Source: Marsupella aquatica | Taxonomy: Eukaryota; Plantae; Marchantiophyta | Direction of reading: 5' to 3' | NCBI GenBank assembly: GCA_973895155.1 | Contig: OZ316896.1 | Location: 3,324,738-3,388,737, forward strand | DNA length: 64,000 bases | Shown: one piece after another, positions 12,060-23,648 of the stretch | Numbering within the stretch: position 1 is the stretch's first letter | How the letters are laid out: each line of letters starts with the position of its first letter | Position numbers and translations under genes: made by a program | The notes under the pieces: generated by a model | Seen by the model: only the letters and a program-made list of their open reading frames with translations | What the model was told of the DNA's origin: nothing | The model's database searches: none

Positions 12060-14067
12060 ACACTGTCTGGGTTTCTTCTTTTTCCATATGAAATAGTGGT
12101 GGACCTTGCCACCCAGCACCCTCAACAATCCCAGCACTCACGTCTAAGTGCCCCTGGTGCCCGAACGCCCCCACGGAATACCTCGAGCAAGCAATCTAGC
12201 GCCCCTTGCACCGCCGGCGGCTCCTCCCATACGAAGCCGCACTTGCTCTCCAACACGACCGCTACTCAACGGTCCTCACCGTCTGCACAAGCAACCAAGC
12301 ACCTCGGTAAGTAACCCTTCGGGATCTAGAACTTGCCAAGTCTAGCATCCTAACTCAAGCTCAACAGACATTGGTAAATAGGTCAGCGATAGGTCCTCCC
12401 GATGCCATAAGCCAGAACCAGAACCCACGCCCACTGTTTGTCTAGAACAGCTCCTTCCTTGGGCGCGGCCCAGGTTCCCCCTTGTACCTATCCATCACCA
12501 ACTGACCGCCCTGACCCCACGACATGCTCATGGCCCAAATAGCGTAGCTTGTCCTAAAGCTTGTCCCAAGCTTGTCCCGACAAGCCGGGACCAGAATGGC
12601 CCCGACTCTAGCAACCAACTCTCGGTTCGCCTCACTGATGGTCTAGGGGCCGAACACTCTTGGGACTCGACCTCCACACCTACTTGGCCTTGTCTCCCCA
12701 ACGCAAGCTCCCTTGGGAGACTGAACACGGCTTGGCTGCTGTTTGGCAGGATTTGGCAAGCGGGCGAGTTAACACTCGCAAACCCCGAGAACCCATGGTG
12801 CCAAGTACAAGACCGCGATGCGCACAAGGTTCGGATCCTATGAGTTTTTGGTTATGTTGTTCGGGTTGTGTAATGCAACCGCAACGTTCGTGAAGATGAT
12901 GAATACCATCTTTCATGACTTGTTGGACCAAGGAGTGGTCATCTTCATTGACGACATCCTAATCTACTCGAAACCGTTGGAGGAACATGAGCAGTTGCTC
13001 AGAGAAGTGTTTCTCGCCTTTGTAAGGCTCGTCTCTTTGCTAAACCTAGCAAGTGCAAGTTTGCGATGAACGAGATTCAGTTCCTCGGCCATACCTTTAC
13101 CCCGGAGGGGATTACGCCTAGTCAGGACAAGCTTAAGGAGATCAAAGAATGGGAGCGCCCGTCCAATGTAAGGCAGGTTAGAGTCTTCTTAGGATTTACG
13201 GGGTTCTATCGGAGGTACATGAAAGACTATGCAAGGATTGCGAGGCCCCTAAACGCACTAACGTTCAAAAACAAAGTGTTTGTGTGGACACAGGATTGCA
13301 AGTTAGCATTCCTAGAACTTAAGCAGTTAATGATAACCCCGCCGGTTCTAAAGTTACCTGAGATGGGGAAGCCGTTTGAGATTTGGACAAATGCAAGTGA
13401 TTATGCCATTGGCGCCTGTCTTCACCAAGATGGGCGTCATGTGGCCTTTGAGTCATGCAAGTTGGAAAATCATTGGATCACACCGGAAAGGGAAATGTAT
13501 CCAGTGATCTATGCGTTGGAGAAGTGGGAGATTTACCTTAAGAACAGTCCCAAAGTGGTAATCCACACAAATAGCTTGTCGGCCGGGTACTTCAGTTCTA
13601 AGCCAAGACTGAACCCCAAGGAAATGCGTTGGCAGATGTTCTTGGCGGATTTTGATTTCAAAGTCTGCCACGTTCCAGGGAAGACAAACACGGCAGCTGA
13701 CACATTATTGCGTAAGGACCAGCATCGTGTCAATGGAATCACAATGCTTGAATCCGAGTGGCCAAAGGTTCTGGCCGCAGCGTATGGGGATGACAGGTTA
13801 GCTAAGGAATGGCAAAGCAATGGGGGTAGCCAAGGCAAGGTAAGGCACGTGTCATTGGGGTTGGATATGACGCATGATAATGTTCAGTTATGGCGATACA
13901 AGCAGAGGCGTGTGTACATGTACCAGAGTCTCTAAGGTTAGAGGTTCTACAAAAGTACCACGACTCGCCATGGGGAGGGCATGGAGGACAAGCCGCTACA
14001 TATCGCAGCATGTCGCGAGATGTGTATTGGTCGGACATGAAGCAATCAGTCCTTCGCCATACAGTGC
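12060..14067 (+). mobile_element. Truncated Ty3/gypsy retrotransposon (partial RT, RNase H, integrase N-terminus; gag/PR missing)
   Basis: [27 protein letters not shown]...[11 protein letters not shown] (RT), FLGFTGFYRRY, TNASDYAIGA (RNase H), YHDSPWGGHGG...YW (integrase HHCC start); frameshifts near 13020 and 13915; left boundary approximate (GC-richer leader 12060-12800). Confidence 0.88.
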
Positions 14068-14072
14068 AAAGT

Positions 14073-14590
14073 CCATACAAAGCAAAATGAGTGTAGAGAA
14101 ATTGCTTTACATTAGAAGCTAAAATGTAAGCCAAAATGTGTCAGGTCTAAAGATAATAATACAAAACCCTATTTGGAAAGGGCACTTGAGTACATTCTCT
14201 TCTAAGTTTTTGACATTGTCTTTGATTCCATCCAAAGCAAAATGAGTGGGGAGAAATTGCTTTACATTAGAAGCTAAAATGTAAGCCAGAGTGTGTCAGG
14301 TCTAAAGATAATAATACAAAACCATCGTGTCATTAGAAAGGGCACTTGAGTACATTCTCTTCTAAGTTTTGACAAACGTATAAGAAAAACATACCCACTA
14401 GCAGATGAATAGGATAGTTCAGGGTTTTGCCTTCAAAAGAAAGTGCTTGTTCAAAGTGTTGTTACTATGAAAATGTTATCTGCAGAAAAGACCAGCAAGT
14501 GGCCCACTAGCATATGAGTAGGATAGTTCAGGGTTTTGCTTTCAATGAAAGTTCCTGTTTAAACCGTTGTGGTTGTGAAAATGTTATGAG
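14073..14590. repeat. Two adjacent tandem duplications (~155-bp unit x2 and ~108-bp unit x2) at the start of the duplicated unit
   Basis: caaagcaaaatgagtg...ctaagttttgaca at ~14073 and ~14228; cccactagca.atga.taggatagttcagggttttgc at ~14394 and ~14503. Confidence 0.85.
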
Positions 14591-15807
14591 TTGGAACTTG
14601 CACTAATAAATGGTTGCAAGGTAAAAGTAGCATGGGGGAGTAGAATGATCCTGATATGAAAATGTTATCATTAAAGCATCTCAAAGGCTGGAGTTAACAA
14701 GATAAGGCCCTCCCATACCTCCAATATTACAGGAACTGCCGTAAAAGTTAGGGAGTTAAACTTCAGTTACCAGGAAAGCCCATGGGCTGAACACTTAACC
14801 TGTAACTTTCCCACACCTGCACGGAAACTGTTACGTGTGTAGCTAGGAGAATCATTGAAACGGTCTTTGCATAGAGGATCTCAAATTGGAACATGCTGCT
14901 CCACTTGAGAGATTTCTGATTCCCATTGTTTGTCCCTGGCTCCGTGTCGTTAATTTAATCGTTATCGGGCGTAACTACATTACGTACTGTAGAAGGACAT
15001 AACTTTTCATAATGCGTAAAGTTTTCTACCTTGTTCAGATTAAAGTTTGAGGAAGCTTAGAAAAGAAGTCAACAATCCCCCCTCTGGTAATCACACATCA
15101 AAATGTGTTGCATTCATTGAACATCAAAATGTGGCTCTATTCATTGATTGAAAGAAAAAAAAACTAGGGTTATCACACTTTGCAGGGGTGTCATACATAG
15201 TATATGTCAGAATTACCGAGACCCCAACAATCCGCAAAGAACAACTTGACCCGAACGCTATGAGGAAGCTTCCAAAGCAGGCGGCAGGAGGAGTAAATGT
15301 CTTTGCAAAGTTATATTCATGGTGGTAATTCTAAAAGTCCAGCACGTTTTCAGGTTGTATAATTCTCCCATCTGGACCCCATCTGGAATCAAGGCCAGAT
15401 CGACCCCACTGCGATCTGAAAAGAAGTCAATCTGGACGAATTTGTGGCACTGACTGTTTCATGCATTTCCACTTTAATCACTCTATCACGGTACCACACA
15501 TTCAACTGTTTCATGGACGACGCGGAGGTGATCGAGATTCCTGACGATATCAGTAATTGATGAGGTAGCCTTTGATGAGCCTTTGCGGCATATGTTTTAC
15601 ATTTTTTATGAAACCCAATAACTCGGATCGCAGCAGCCTAGCTTCTCAATCACAGAAACTGGAAGATGTAAAGGGTTTGATGGCTAGCCAGGCAAGCTCG
15701 CTGGAAGCTAGCCTTGAGTTCTCCAATCCACGATCACACTGCTGTACCCTCAGCACGAATGAATGTCACCGCCCAAATAATTATGGAAGCAAGAGGACAG
15801 TGGCATT

Positions 15808-16064
15808 TGTTGTTTACCTCTTTTGTCGATCTCCTGTTATCTTGACACCTGTTTTAGTTTAGACTCTACGCTACCCCAGGCGCGCCCCCACTGGCTTTTC
15901 ACCTGGAGTTTTTTACTTTTCCCCTTCTGCCTTTTCCGGGGAAAAAATCTTGATGTCCATTTTGACATCTATTTGTTCTCTCTCTTGAATGAAAGCAGTA
16001 CGCATTATTTTCATTCCATCTTTTGTGCAAGAGTTTTTCCTGTCGATCACGACTGTCAATCACA
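15808..16064 (+). repeat. 5' LTR (257 bp)
   Basis: tgttgtttacctc...gactgtcaatcaca, matches 20520-20831. Confidence 0.95.
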
Positions 16065-16077
16065 GGTTATGGGCCAG
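16065..16077 (+). promoter_or_regulatory. Primer-binding site of half-tRNA-iMet type (GGTTATGGGCC)
   Basis: ggttatgggccag directly after the LTR is complementary to the anticodon arm of initiator tRNA-Met (GGCCCAUAACC), not to its 3' end (which would read TGGTATCAGAG). Confidence 0.8.
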
Positions 16078-16218
16078 TTGAAGTCTACAACACTCTTTCA
16101 CGACTAATCCGTGCATTCTAGTCAGAGTGATTTCCTGTCACTAAGCAGTAGTTCTTGCTGGTTTCCGCTAGTTTTTTCTGCATCTGGATCTAGTTTTGCG
16201 TCACTATTTTCATACACC

Positions 16219-19200
16219 ATGCCTTCCAATTTCACGGGAGGCTACAACATTCATTTGGTCCCCCACCTTCTAGGTAGTTCTAACTACAAATCTTGGAAAC
16301 GTAACATCAGTGCAACTATTCGTGCATCCGGTGTCTGGAAATACATCGATGGCACTGCCATTGCTCCTATCCAACGCCCTGCCGAACTTGATTATGTTTT
16401 CCAAGAACGACTTGATACTCATGATCTTAAGGAAGCGCAGGCCAGGAATATAATTCTTTCCACTTGTTCTGAAAGCATTCAGTTCTCCCTCGATCATGCT
16501 ACAACTGCTTAGGAATGCTGGACTAACCTGGCTGATGCCTTCGCTTCTGAAGGAATTATCCAGAAATTTGACGTTTGGGCACATTATGCTAGAATGCTTT
16601 ATAATGGAGAACCGATAGAAGAATACTGCAATACGTATCGATCAACATTGGAGCGTGTTCAGAGTGTCGGTATTAAGCTTGATGATGACATCAAACCTTT
16701 ACATTTTATAAGCAATGTAGAACGTCACTTTTCAAACTGGTCTTTCTCTAAGCGGGAGCAGATGCGCACTTCACCGAAGACACTTCCATCTCTTGCTGCT
16801 CTTATTCGTGACCTTACGGACGAATGTTGGCGATTGAATTTGGAACAGGACAATGCATTATCCTCTTCTGTTTTCCAACTCCAGACTACTTCTTCATTTC
16901 CTAATCCTCCAGTTGTTTCTCCGTCACCTACCGTATCCTCATCTTCCAAGAAACCTTTGAAATGTGATACCTATATTTTCTATAGCATTCCTGGTCATAG
17001 AGATGATCGTTGTTTTTACAAACACACACATATCAGGCCTGAAGGCTGGCAACCTCATCCCAGCATTTTAAAACGATTACAGACCCGTGTCCCTGCTAAT
17101 CATTCTATACTCAGTGTTGCCTCTTCCTCCGTTCCTTCTGTCTCTACTAATACTCCGACACATCTTCATGATGAAGAGACTGTGGATCTTTTCTCTGGCA
17201 ACCTCCATGTTGCATTTAATCATCAGTTAACCCCTGGTCTCCATCTTGACGTTTGGATTGTTGATTCGGGCGCTAGTCATCATTTTTGTAACAATCGCGC
17301 CAGTTTCACTACGTACACTCCTGATCCCCTTCCAATCAATACCGGTTCAGGATCTACTATTTCCCCTGGTCGAGGCTCAGTCATCCTTCAAATACAGCAA
17401 TCTGATGGTTCTTCCAAGGAAACAGAACTTAGTAATGTTCGATACATGCCATCCAGTTTTCTTAACACCATTTCTGAAGATCTGCTTGAGCAATGCTGTA
17501 TTTTTTGGAACGGTGAACTTCAGAAGTTCATTCACTCTCCTACCGGTGATGAATTTGCTACCATCAAGAAACATAATGGCCTGAAGACTTTCACGATTTT
17601 ACCAGTTACTCAGTTGGCAATGTCTTCTCATTCACAGTCTGATGATATCAATATTTGGCATCGAAGATTGGCACACCTTCATCCGGCTGCCATTCATACT
17701 CTTCTTCAACGTCTTCATATTACACTTTCTGATTCTACTCCATTTCGACACTGTGAAGTATGTGCTTTGGCCAAGTCTACTCGGATTATTTCATGATTTC
17801 CACACGCTCGTGCTACAGCCCCGTTTCAAAAGGTTCATTTCGATCTTTGCGGCAAAATTTCTACTCCTGGCATTGGTGACAAGCATTATTTTCTTGTCAT
17901 TACTAATGATTTCTCTCGTAACCGGTGGACCACGACTTTGACTTACAAGAATGAGGCATTGGCGCTGATTCAAAAGTTTTTTCAAATGGTAACTACTCAA
18001 TACAAATCTTCTATTCTTGAAGTCCATCTTGATAATGGTCTTGAATTTGGCGGCAATCAGCTAAAGGATTTTTTGGAACACCAAGGCGTACACATTTTCA
18101 ACTCTGCTCCCTATCATCACGAACAGAACGGGATTGCTAAACGCGCCATTGGAGTTATTTCTGCTAAGGCCCGAGCCATGATGATTGACTCTCATCTTCC
18201 CAAATTACTTTGGCCAGAAGCGTTTCTGACGGCAACATACCTTGCTAATCACTCACCTACTTCTGTTAATCCTCTATCTGAGCCTCCTGCTTCTCGCCTT
18301 GCTACCGTTTTACACCTTCCTTACGTTTTCCGTTTTGACCGGCTTCATGTTTTTGGTGCCCTTGCCTATGTTCATATTCCTCCTGAGACTCGTCTCCGTG
18401 GTGACAAATTTATTGCTCGGGCCAAAAAAGGTTACTTCGTTGGTTATGCCACGGGTCAAAATTTTCGTATCTGGTTTCCACATAATTCCTCCATTATTCA
18501 ATCCGCTTATGTGCATTTTGATGAAACATCTGAGCGTGATTCGTGTTTTCAAATTCCTAAGTCTACAGTTTCTTCTTCCCCTGATTATGTGGAGATTTTT
18601 GTCCCTTCTTTTGTTCCCCGACTTATTCGTCCGTCTGATAATCCTGACATTGGAACACCTCACCAATCACTTCTTCCCATTATTCCTCCTCCTCTTGGTA
18701 CTCCGCCACTTGAGGAACTACATGCAGATTTGCAGGCCACTCCCGTGATCACCCGTGTTTCTTCTCGATCCAATAAAGGTGTTCCTCCTGTTCGTTTTCG
18801 AGATACATCTGTTATCTCTCAGCCTTCTCAGTTACTTCTACATCAACACCTCCTTATAAACACTCCGCCAACTCTCCTTTACTCTTATCATAGTGCATTG
18901 TTTTCCACTTTTCCCTCAGATGTTCCCAACACTCACACTCAAGCTATGGCAAGGCCCGATGCTGCTCACTGGAGAGAAGCTGAATTACGAGAAATCAATC
19001 AGCTCCACAAACTCAAAGTGGCTCATCTAGTACCACTACCTGCTGGTGCTCGTCTGTTACCATCCCGATGGGTCTACAATCTTAAGCGTGACGGACTTTA
19101 CAAAGCACGTTTTGTTGTTCGAGGGGATAAGCAACGTCCTGGAATTGATTACGATTCTACTTTTGCATCTATTGTCCGGCCTGAGACTTTCCGCACTATT

Positions 19201-20486
19201 CTAGCACTAGTCACCATGCATAATTATGAGGCTCATAGCTTTGACGTAGTCACGGCTTTTATCTATGCCTTACTGAAGTCACCGACACCAATATACGTCA
19301 GGCCTCCACCTGGATACGAGACATATGATGCTAATGGTGCCATGCTTGTATGGCTACTTATTCAAGCTCTTTACGGTCTTCGACAATCTACTCGAATGTG
19401 GTATCATGAGATTGTGGAATATGCCGCTACTTTTGGTTTCATACCACTTCCTTCTGATCCCTGTGTCCTACAAAATTCTGTTGGGGAGCTAATCGTCCTT
19501 TGGGTTGATGATTTAATTTTTGTCTCACCAACCTTATCTGGAATCCATAACATTCGTGACAAGCTCACTGCTCGTTATGAACTCAGAGACCTTGGTGAGT
19601 TATCTGATTATCTGGGCATGACCATTACCCGAGATCGTTCCCATGGCACTCTACATTTGGGTCAAGCGCCTTACACTCTTAAGATCCTGCAACGATTTCA
19701 TCTTGATTCTAGTTTACCTCTTACTTCTCCAAGCACAGGTACTGATGATCTCCATCCACATCTCAAGCAACTGATAATGATAGGCAACGCTATCAATCTA
19801 TGATTGGCTCCTTGCTTTATCTTGCAGTCTGGACTCGTCCCGACATTGCTGAACGGTGTTCCAAGCTTGGGCAATTTGCTCATAATCCGGATTTGACTCA
19901 TGAAAGTGCACTTCGATCAGTTTTTCGATATCTCAATACCACTCGACAGCTGGGCCTCACTTTTGGTATCCACGATTTTTCTGGTTTGGAGATCCATTCT
20001 TTGGGATTTTCTGGATTTTCCGACGCTTCTTTTGCAGACAATATCTCAGATCGAAAATCCACTAGCGGCTATCTTTTTAAACTTGGCGATGGCTCTATTT
20101 CTTGGAAATCTCGAAAGCAACCGATAACTGCAACGAGTTCTACTGAATCTGAATACTTAGCTTATTCTCTGGCTTGTAAAGAAGCGGTGTGGCTGCGCCA
20201 GTTACTTTTCGACTTACGTTATACTCTGGCTGATGCCCAGCGTGTTATTCTCTATGGTGACAACCAACCAGCTATTTCTCTCACATACAATCCCGAGCAT
20301 CATTTCCGCACTAAGCACATTGGAGTTCAGTGGCATTACATTCGTGAGCAAGTCAAAGATGGTGTGATTGAGATGAAATACCTATCTACTGCTCTTATGC
20401 CCGCAGATGGTTTCACAAAGCCCCTCCAAGGGCTTAAATTTGCTAGATTCGTAGAGATGCTAGCTTTACAGTCTTTGCCTTCGTAG
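16219..20486 (+). pseudogene. Copia gag-pol polyprotein, disrupted
   Basis: Gag (NYKSWKRNI), decayed zinc knuckle, protease WIVDSGASHH, WHRRLAH/CEVC, integrase HFD..LDNGLEF..NGIAKR (catalytic E appears mutated to K), RT YKARFVVRG/LYGLRQS/WVDD, RNase H SDAS; in-frame stops at 16510 (TAG) and 17794 (TGA), frameshift near 19760. Confidence 0.95.
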
Positions 20487-20519
20487 CAGACATTCGTTTT
20501 TCAGAAGATCTGAGGGGTC

Positions 20520-20831
20520 TGTCGTTTACCTCTTTTGTCGATCTCCTGTTATCTTGACACCTGTTTTAGTTTAGACTCTACACTACCCCAGGCGCGCCCC
20601 CACTGGCTTTTCACCTGGAGTTTTTTACTTTTCCCCTTCTGCCTTTTCCGGGGAAAAAATCTTGATGTCCATTTTGACATCTATTTGTTCTCTCTCTTGA
20701 ATGAAAGCAGTACGCATTATTTTCATTCCATCTTTTGTGCAAGAGTCTCTCTTGAATGAAAGCAGTACGCATTATTTTCATTCCATCTTTTGTGCAAGAG
20801 TTTTTCCTGTCGATCACGACTGTCAATCGCA
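20520..20831 (+). repeat. 3' LTR (312 bp, includes a 55-bp internal tandem duplication)
   Basis: tctctcttgaatgaaagcagtacgcattattttcattccatcttttgtgcaagag is present twice here and once in the 5' LTR. Confidence 0.95.
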
Positions 20832-21483
20832 GCATTCTCACACTCTGACTGCTGCTCAACTTCCCAGTCCTAGTAATGAACCAACCTGCAAGCCAGTGAA
20901 CAACTTCTAGCAGAATGACCTCAGATGGACATAATCATAAGCAGTCCTTTCCCTAAACTACAGTAGTCGATAGATGCTGTGGAGGACGATAGATACGGAA
21001 GGTGGAAGGCGCACGGGGACATAGTTTGAGCCAATCCTACGATGACGAAATTCGGAGAACGTCCACGAGCTCTGAACAAAAATCCGCTCGCTGAAAGAAT
21101 GTTTTTTGTTCACCATTTGATTCGTTCACAGGGTTGTCCTGATGGCACGGCTGGGGTATGGTTTCTTGGCCAGGTGTGCCATCAGGGGTATGGTTTCTTG
21201 GCCAGGTGCTGGTGTTCACCACTCCCTCACTCCTGCGCAGAGTGGCTTTGAGCTGTTAAAAAGGAAAGAAAAATATGGACCATCAACGCTAACACACCAA
21301 CCACTATAATATATGATCCTTCCATTTCTTTCCTAGCATCTTCCTACGAAATGCAATCTGGGCGGGATTTGTACACTATCCCTAGCTGACCGGGTTTTCC
21401 CACTATCCTTCTATCCTGCAATCGGCTGTACTCTTGCTAATTCTTGCCGGGATTCCTGCCCAAATTTATGTCTTTCCAAGCTC

Positions 21484-21488
<5 letters not shown>

Positions 21489-21539
<51 letters not shown>
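21489..21539. repeat. (TC)n microsatellite, 8 bp longer than in copy 2
   Basis: Pure TC run; the inter-copy offset changes from 27174 to 27166 across it. Confidence 0.95.
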
Positions 21540-21544
<5 letters not shown>

Positions 21545-22696
21545 CTTACTCTTAAATTTAGTGCCCTGAAATTTCGTCTCTCTTAAATTCCACTTGCAAA
21601 TTCTTTGGTTCTGCACTTTGGAATCCAATTCAATCCTCTGCCAATTAGTTCCTCGATTGGCTGTCATGCATAGTCTCGCGTAGCTGCATTTTTCTTGTTG
21701 CTCGTGTTAACTGGCGCTTCTCTATCTGGTTTCTCCGTTATCACATGGTACTCTCTAAACCTCGAGTCTAGACTACGGCAGGAAACATAAATTTGCACGA
21801 ATCCAAAATAGTGAGATCATGAAATTGATCGAATTAGCTCTCTGAGTGAGCTAATATTACTTATAGAGACAACTTGATTGTCATGATGAGTGACATGAAA
21901 CGGACGTATTGTAGCGTGACGAGAAGAGCAAGATGGTGTAGAATCGCAAATACAGTGTCACTTAGTTGCGAACAGGAAAGAGCAATCATCGAGTACCCAT
22001 TACTGGATGAGTATTACAAAACACCCAGAAAATGCTCCCTGCTGCAAGGTCATGTAATGGAATGTCGAAGCTCGTGGAGCGCGAGTGAATCGAAGAACGG
22101 TGGATGATGAAAACGTGATTGCGTAACGAGGCGCATTTGAGGTGAACTCCTACAACATTGTCGAGCTTAAAGAATTCCTAAGACAAATACACCTGGTACG
22201 AGGAGGAGGGATCCAGCGAGCATTGCATGTAATGTGCCCAGATCCTACGGGATGACTGCGCAGGAGAGAAGAACCCACGAGGATGCACATAGCATTGAAT
22301 TAGAAAATGGACAGTGATATGTTTGTGTACAAGAAACTTTATTTTGCTTGATCTTTGAGTGAATAGGTCTGTTCACGAACGCCCTTTGAAGCAATTTTAG
22401 TCAGTGTGACCCAGATTGAGCGTTGATTTAAAGTGTGAGTCGAAATGCTAACAAGCAAAGTTTGCCCGGCCACAGAATTCAGATTTAAGAGAGACGAAAA
22501 TGTGGCAACCTGATAAAATCGAGTCTAGCACATTTGGTGAACTACTAATCCCATTGATTTTCGTACTACAATACACTTGGCACACACAGCACAAACTTGA
22601 TAAAGAAGAATGATCATACTTTTCAAAATCGGCGACAGAGCATGTACCAAATGTGTACAATAGTGCGCCTGTGAAAGAGACAAGTCGTTGCGCATC

Positions 22697-22754
22697 GGGC
22701 GAAACCGCTAGCATGTGTACGTAATGGGCGAATCCGCTAGCATGTGTACGTAAT
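22697..22754. repeat. 29-bp tandem duplication downstream of the short GTPase
   Basis: gggcgaa(a/t)ccgctagcatgtgtacgtaat x2. Confidence 0.85.
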
Positions 22755-22874
22755 GTAATAAGCCCTACTGTAATTCTACATGTACATCTACCGTATTCGA
22801 TGTGTTATCTTCTGTCTACCAGTCATATATGTAGAAATGACAAGAACCCCGCCTGTTAGCCATCTGCAACGACA

Positions 22875-23648
22875 TTAATTAAGGACATTAGAAAATGCGT
22901 CCATAACGTCGAACCATGAGCCTATCCTGGAAGCGACTCTCAACCAATTCGTTGGATCGATGCATTCTCTAATGATGCGGATGGCCAAAGCCATCAACTT
23001 CTCTGCTGTCGACTCTAGTTGTTCGTCGTTCATTGTAGCAATGTTGGGAACAGAGGGTTTGTTCCCCCTTCGCGCAAAATGTGCAATGAGCTTCTGTTCT
23101 AGTTCCTGTAACGACTGGTCTCTCGCCACTTTGTTTCTCCTCTCTCTCACTAATTTATCGCTGATAGGAGGAATGTTGACTGCAAATTTTTCATAATCGC
23201 CCATGTGGGGTGGAAGCAACGTTCTGTTCTCTTCGAGCCACTCATCGGTTGCATCGGTGAAGAGAACAACGAACGCGTCTTCAGCACCCTCGAATATTTT
23301 AGCGAACAGCGTCCAAATCACCTTATCCAGTTCAGTCATTCTACTCGCCTTTTGCACGAAGATTATGTGGGAGTACGCATCCCTGACCTGCTTGAGAAAG
23401 CTTTTCAACTCAAGTTGCGCTTCCTCATGCGACCTGGTTCCGGACTCTGCTTCTCCAAGACCTATCGTGTCTACGACAGTCCAACCCCTTCCGGATTTTG
23501 TGATGATCTCTGAAGTGCACCCTGTCGGCGCGTCGCTGGCTGGAAACACCATCGGCTGCTCGATTCCTCCTGTCACAAGGACATTGGCAACAGTGGATTT
23601 TCCAGCGCCTGTTCTTCCGAACAGGACCACTCTCCTTTCTGAAGCCAT
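22875..23648 (-). CDS. AIG1/GIMAP-like P-loop GTPase, single domain (257 aa)
   Basis: G1 GRTGAGKS, G2 GCT, G3 DTIG, HIIFVQKASR (conserved-box-like Arg), VVLFT; helical C-terminus ending in an amphipathic W/F-rich segment; intact ORF, identical protein in copy 2. Confidence 0.9.
   Translation of the reverse strand: MASERRVVLFGRTGAGKSTVANVLVTGGIEQPMVFPASDAPTGCTSEIITKSGRGWTVVDTIGLGEAESGTRSHEEAQLELKSFLKQVRDAYSHIIFVQKASRMTELDKVIWTLFAKIFEGAEDAFVVLFTDATDEWLEENRTLLPPHMGDYEKFAVNIPPISDKLVRERRNKVARDQSLQELEQKLIAHFARRGNKPSVPNIATMNDEQLESTAEKLMALAIRIIRECIDPTNWLRVASRIGSWFDVMDAFSNVLN

Larger units (their letters stand above)
15808..20831 (+). mobile_element. Full-length Ty1/copia LTR retrotransposon (inactivated), copy 1
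   Basis: TG...CA LTRs at 15808-16064 and 20520-20831; 5-bp TSD GCATT at 15803-15807 and 20832-20836; PBS at 16065; purine tract gagggg before the 3' LTR; domain order gag-PR-INT-RT-RH. Confidence 0.97.

Noticed and set aside
16510-17796. Programmed readthrough or frameshift between gag and pol
   Set aside because: The stops fall inside gag and just after the integrase zinc finger, and fit CAG>TAG and CGA>TGA deamination
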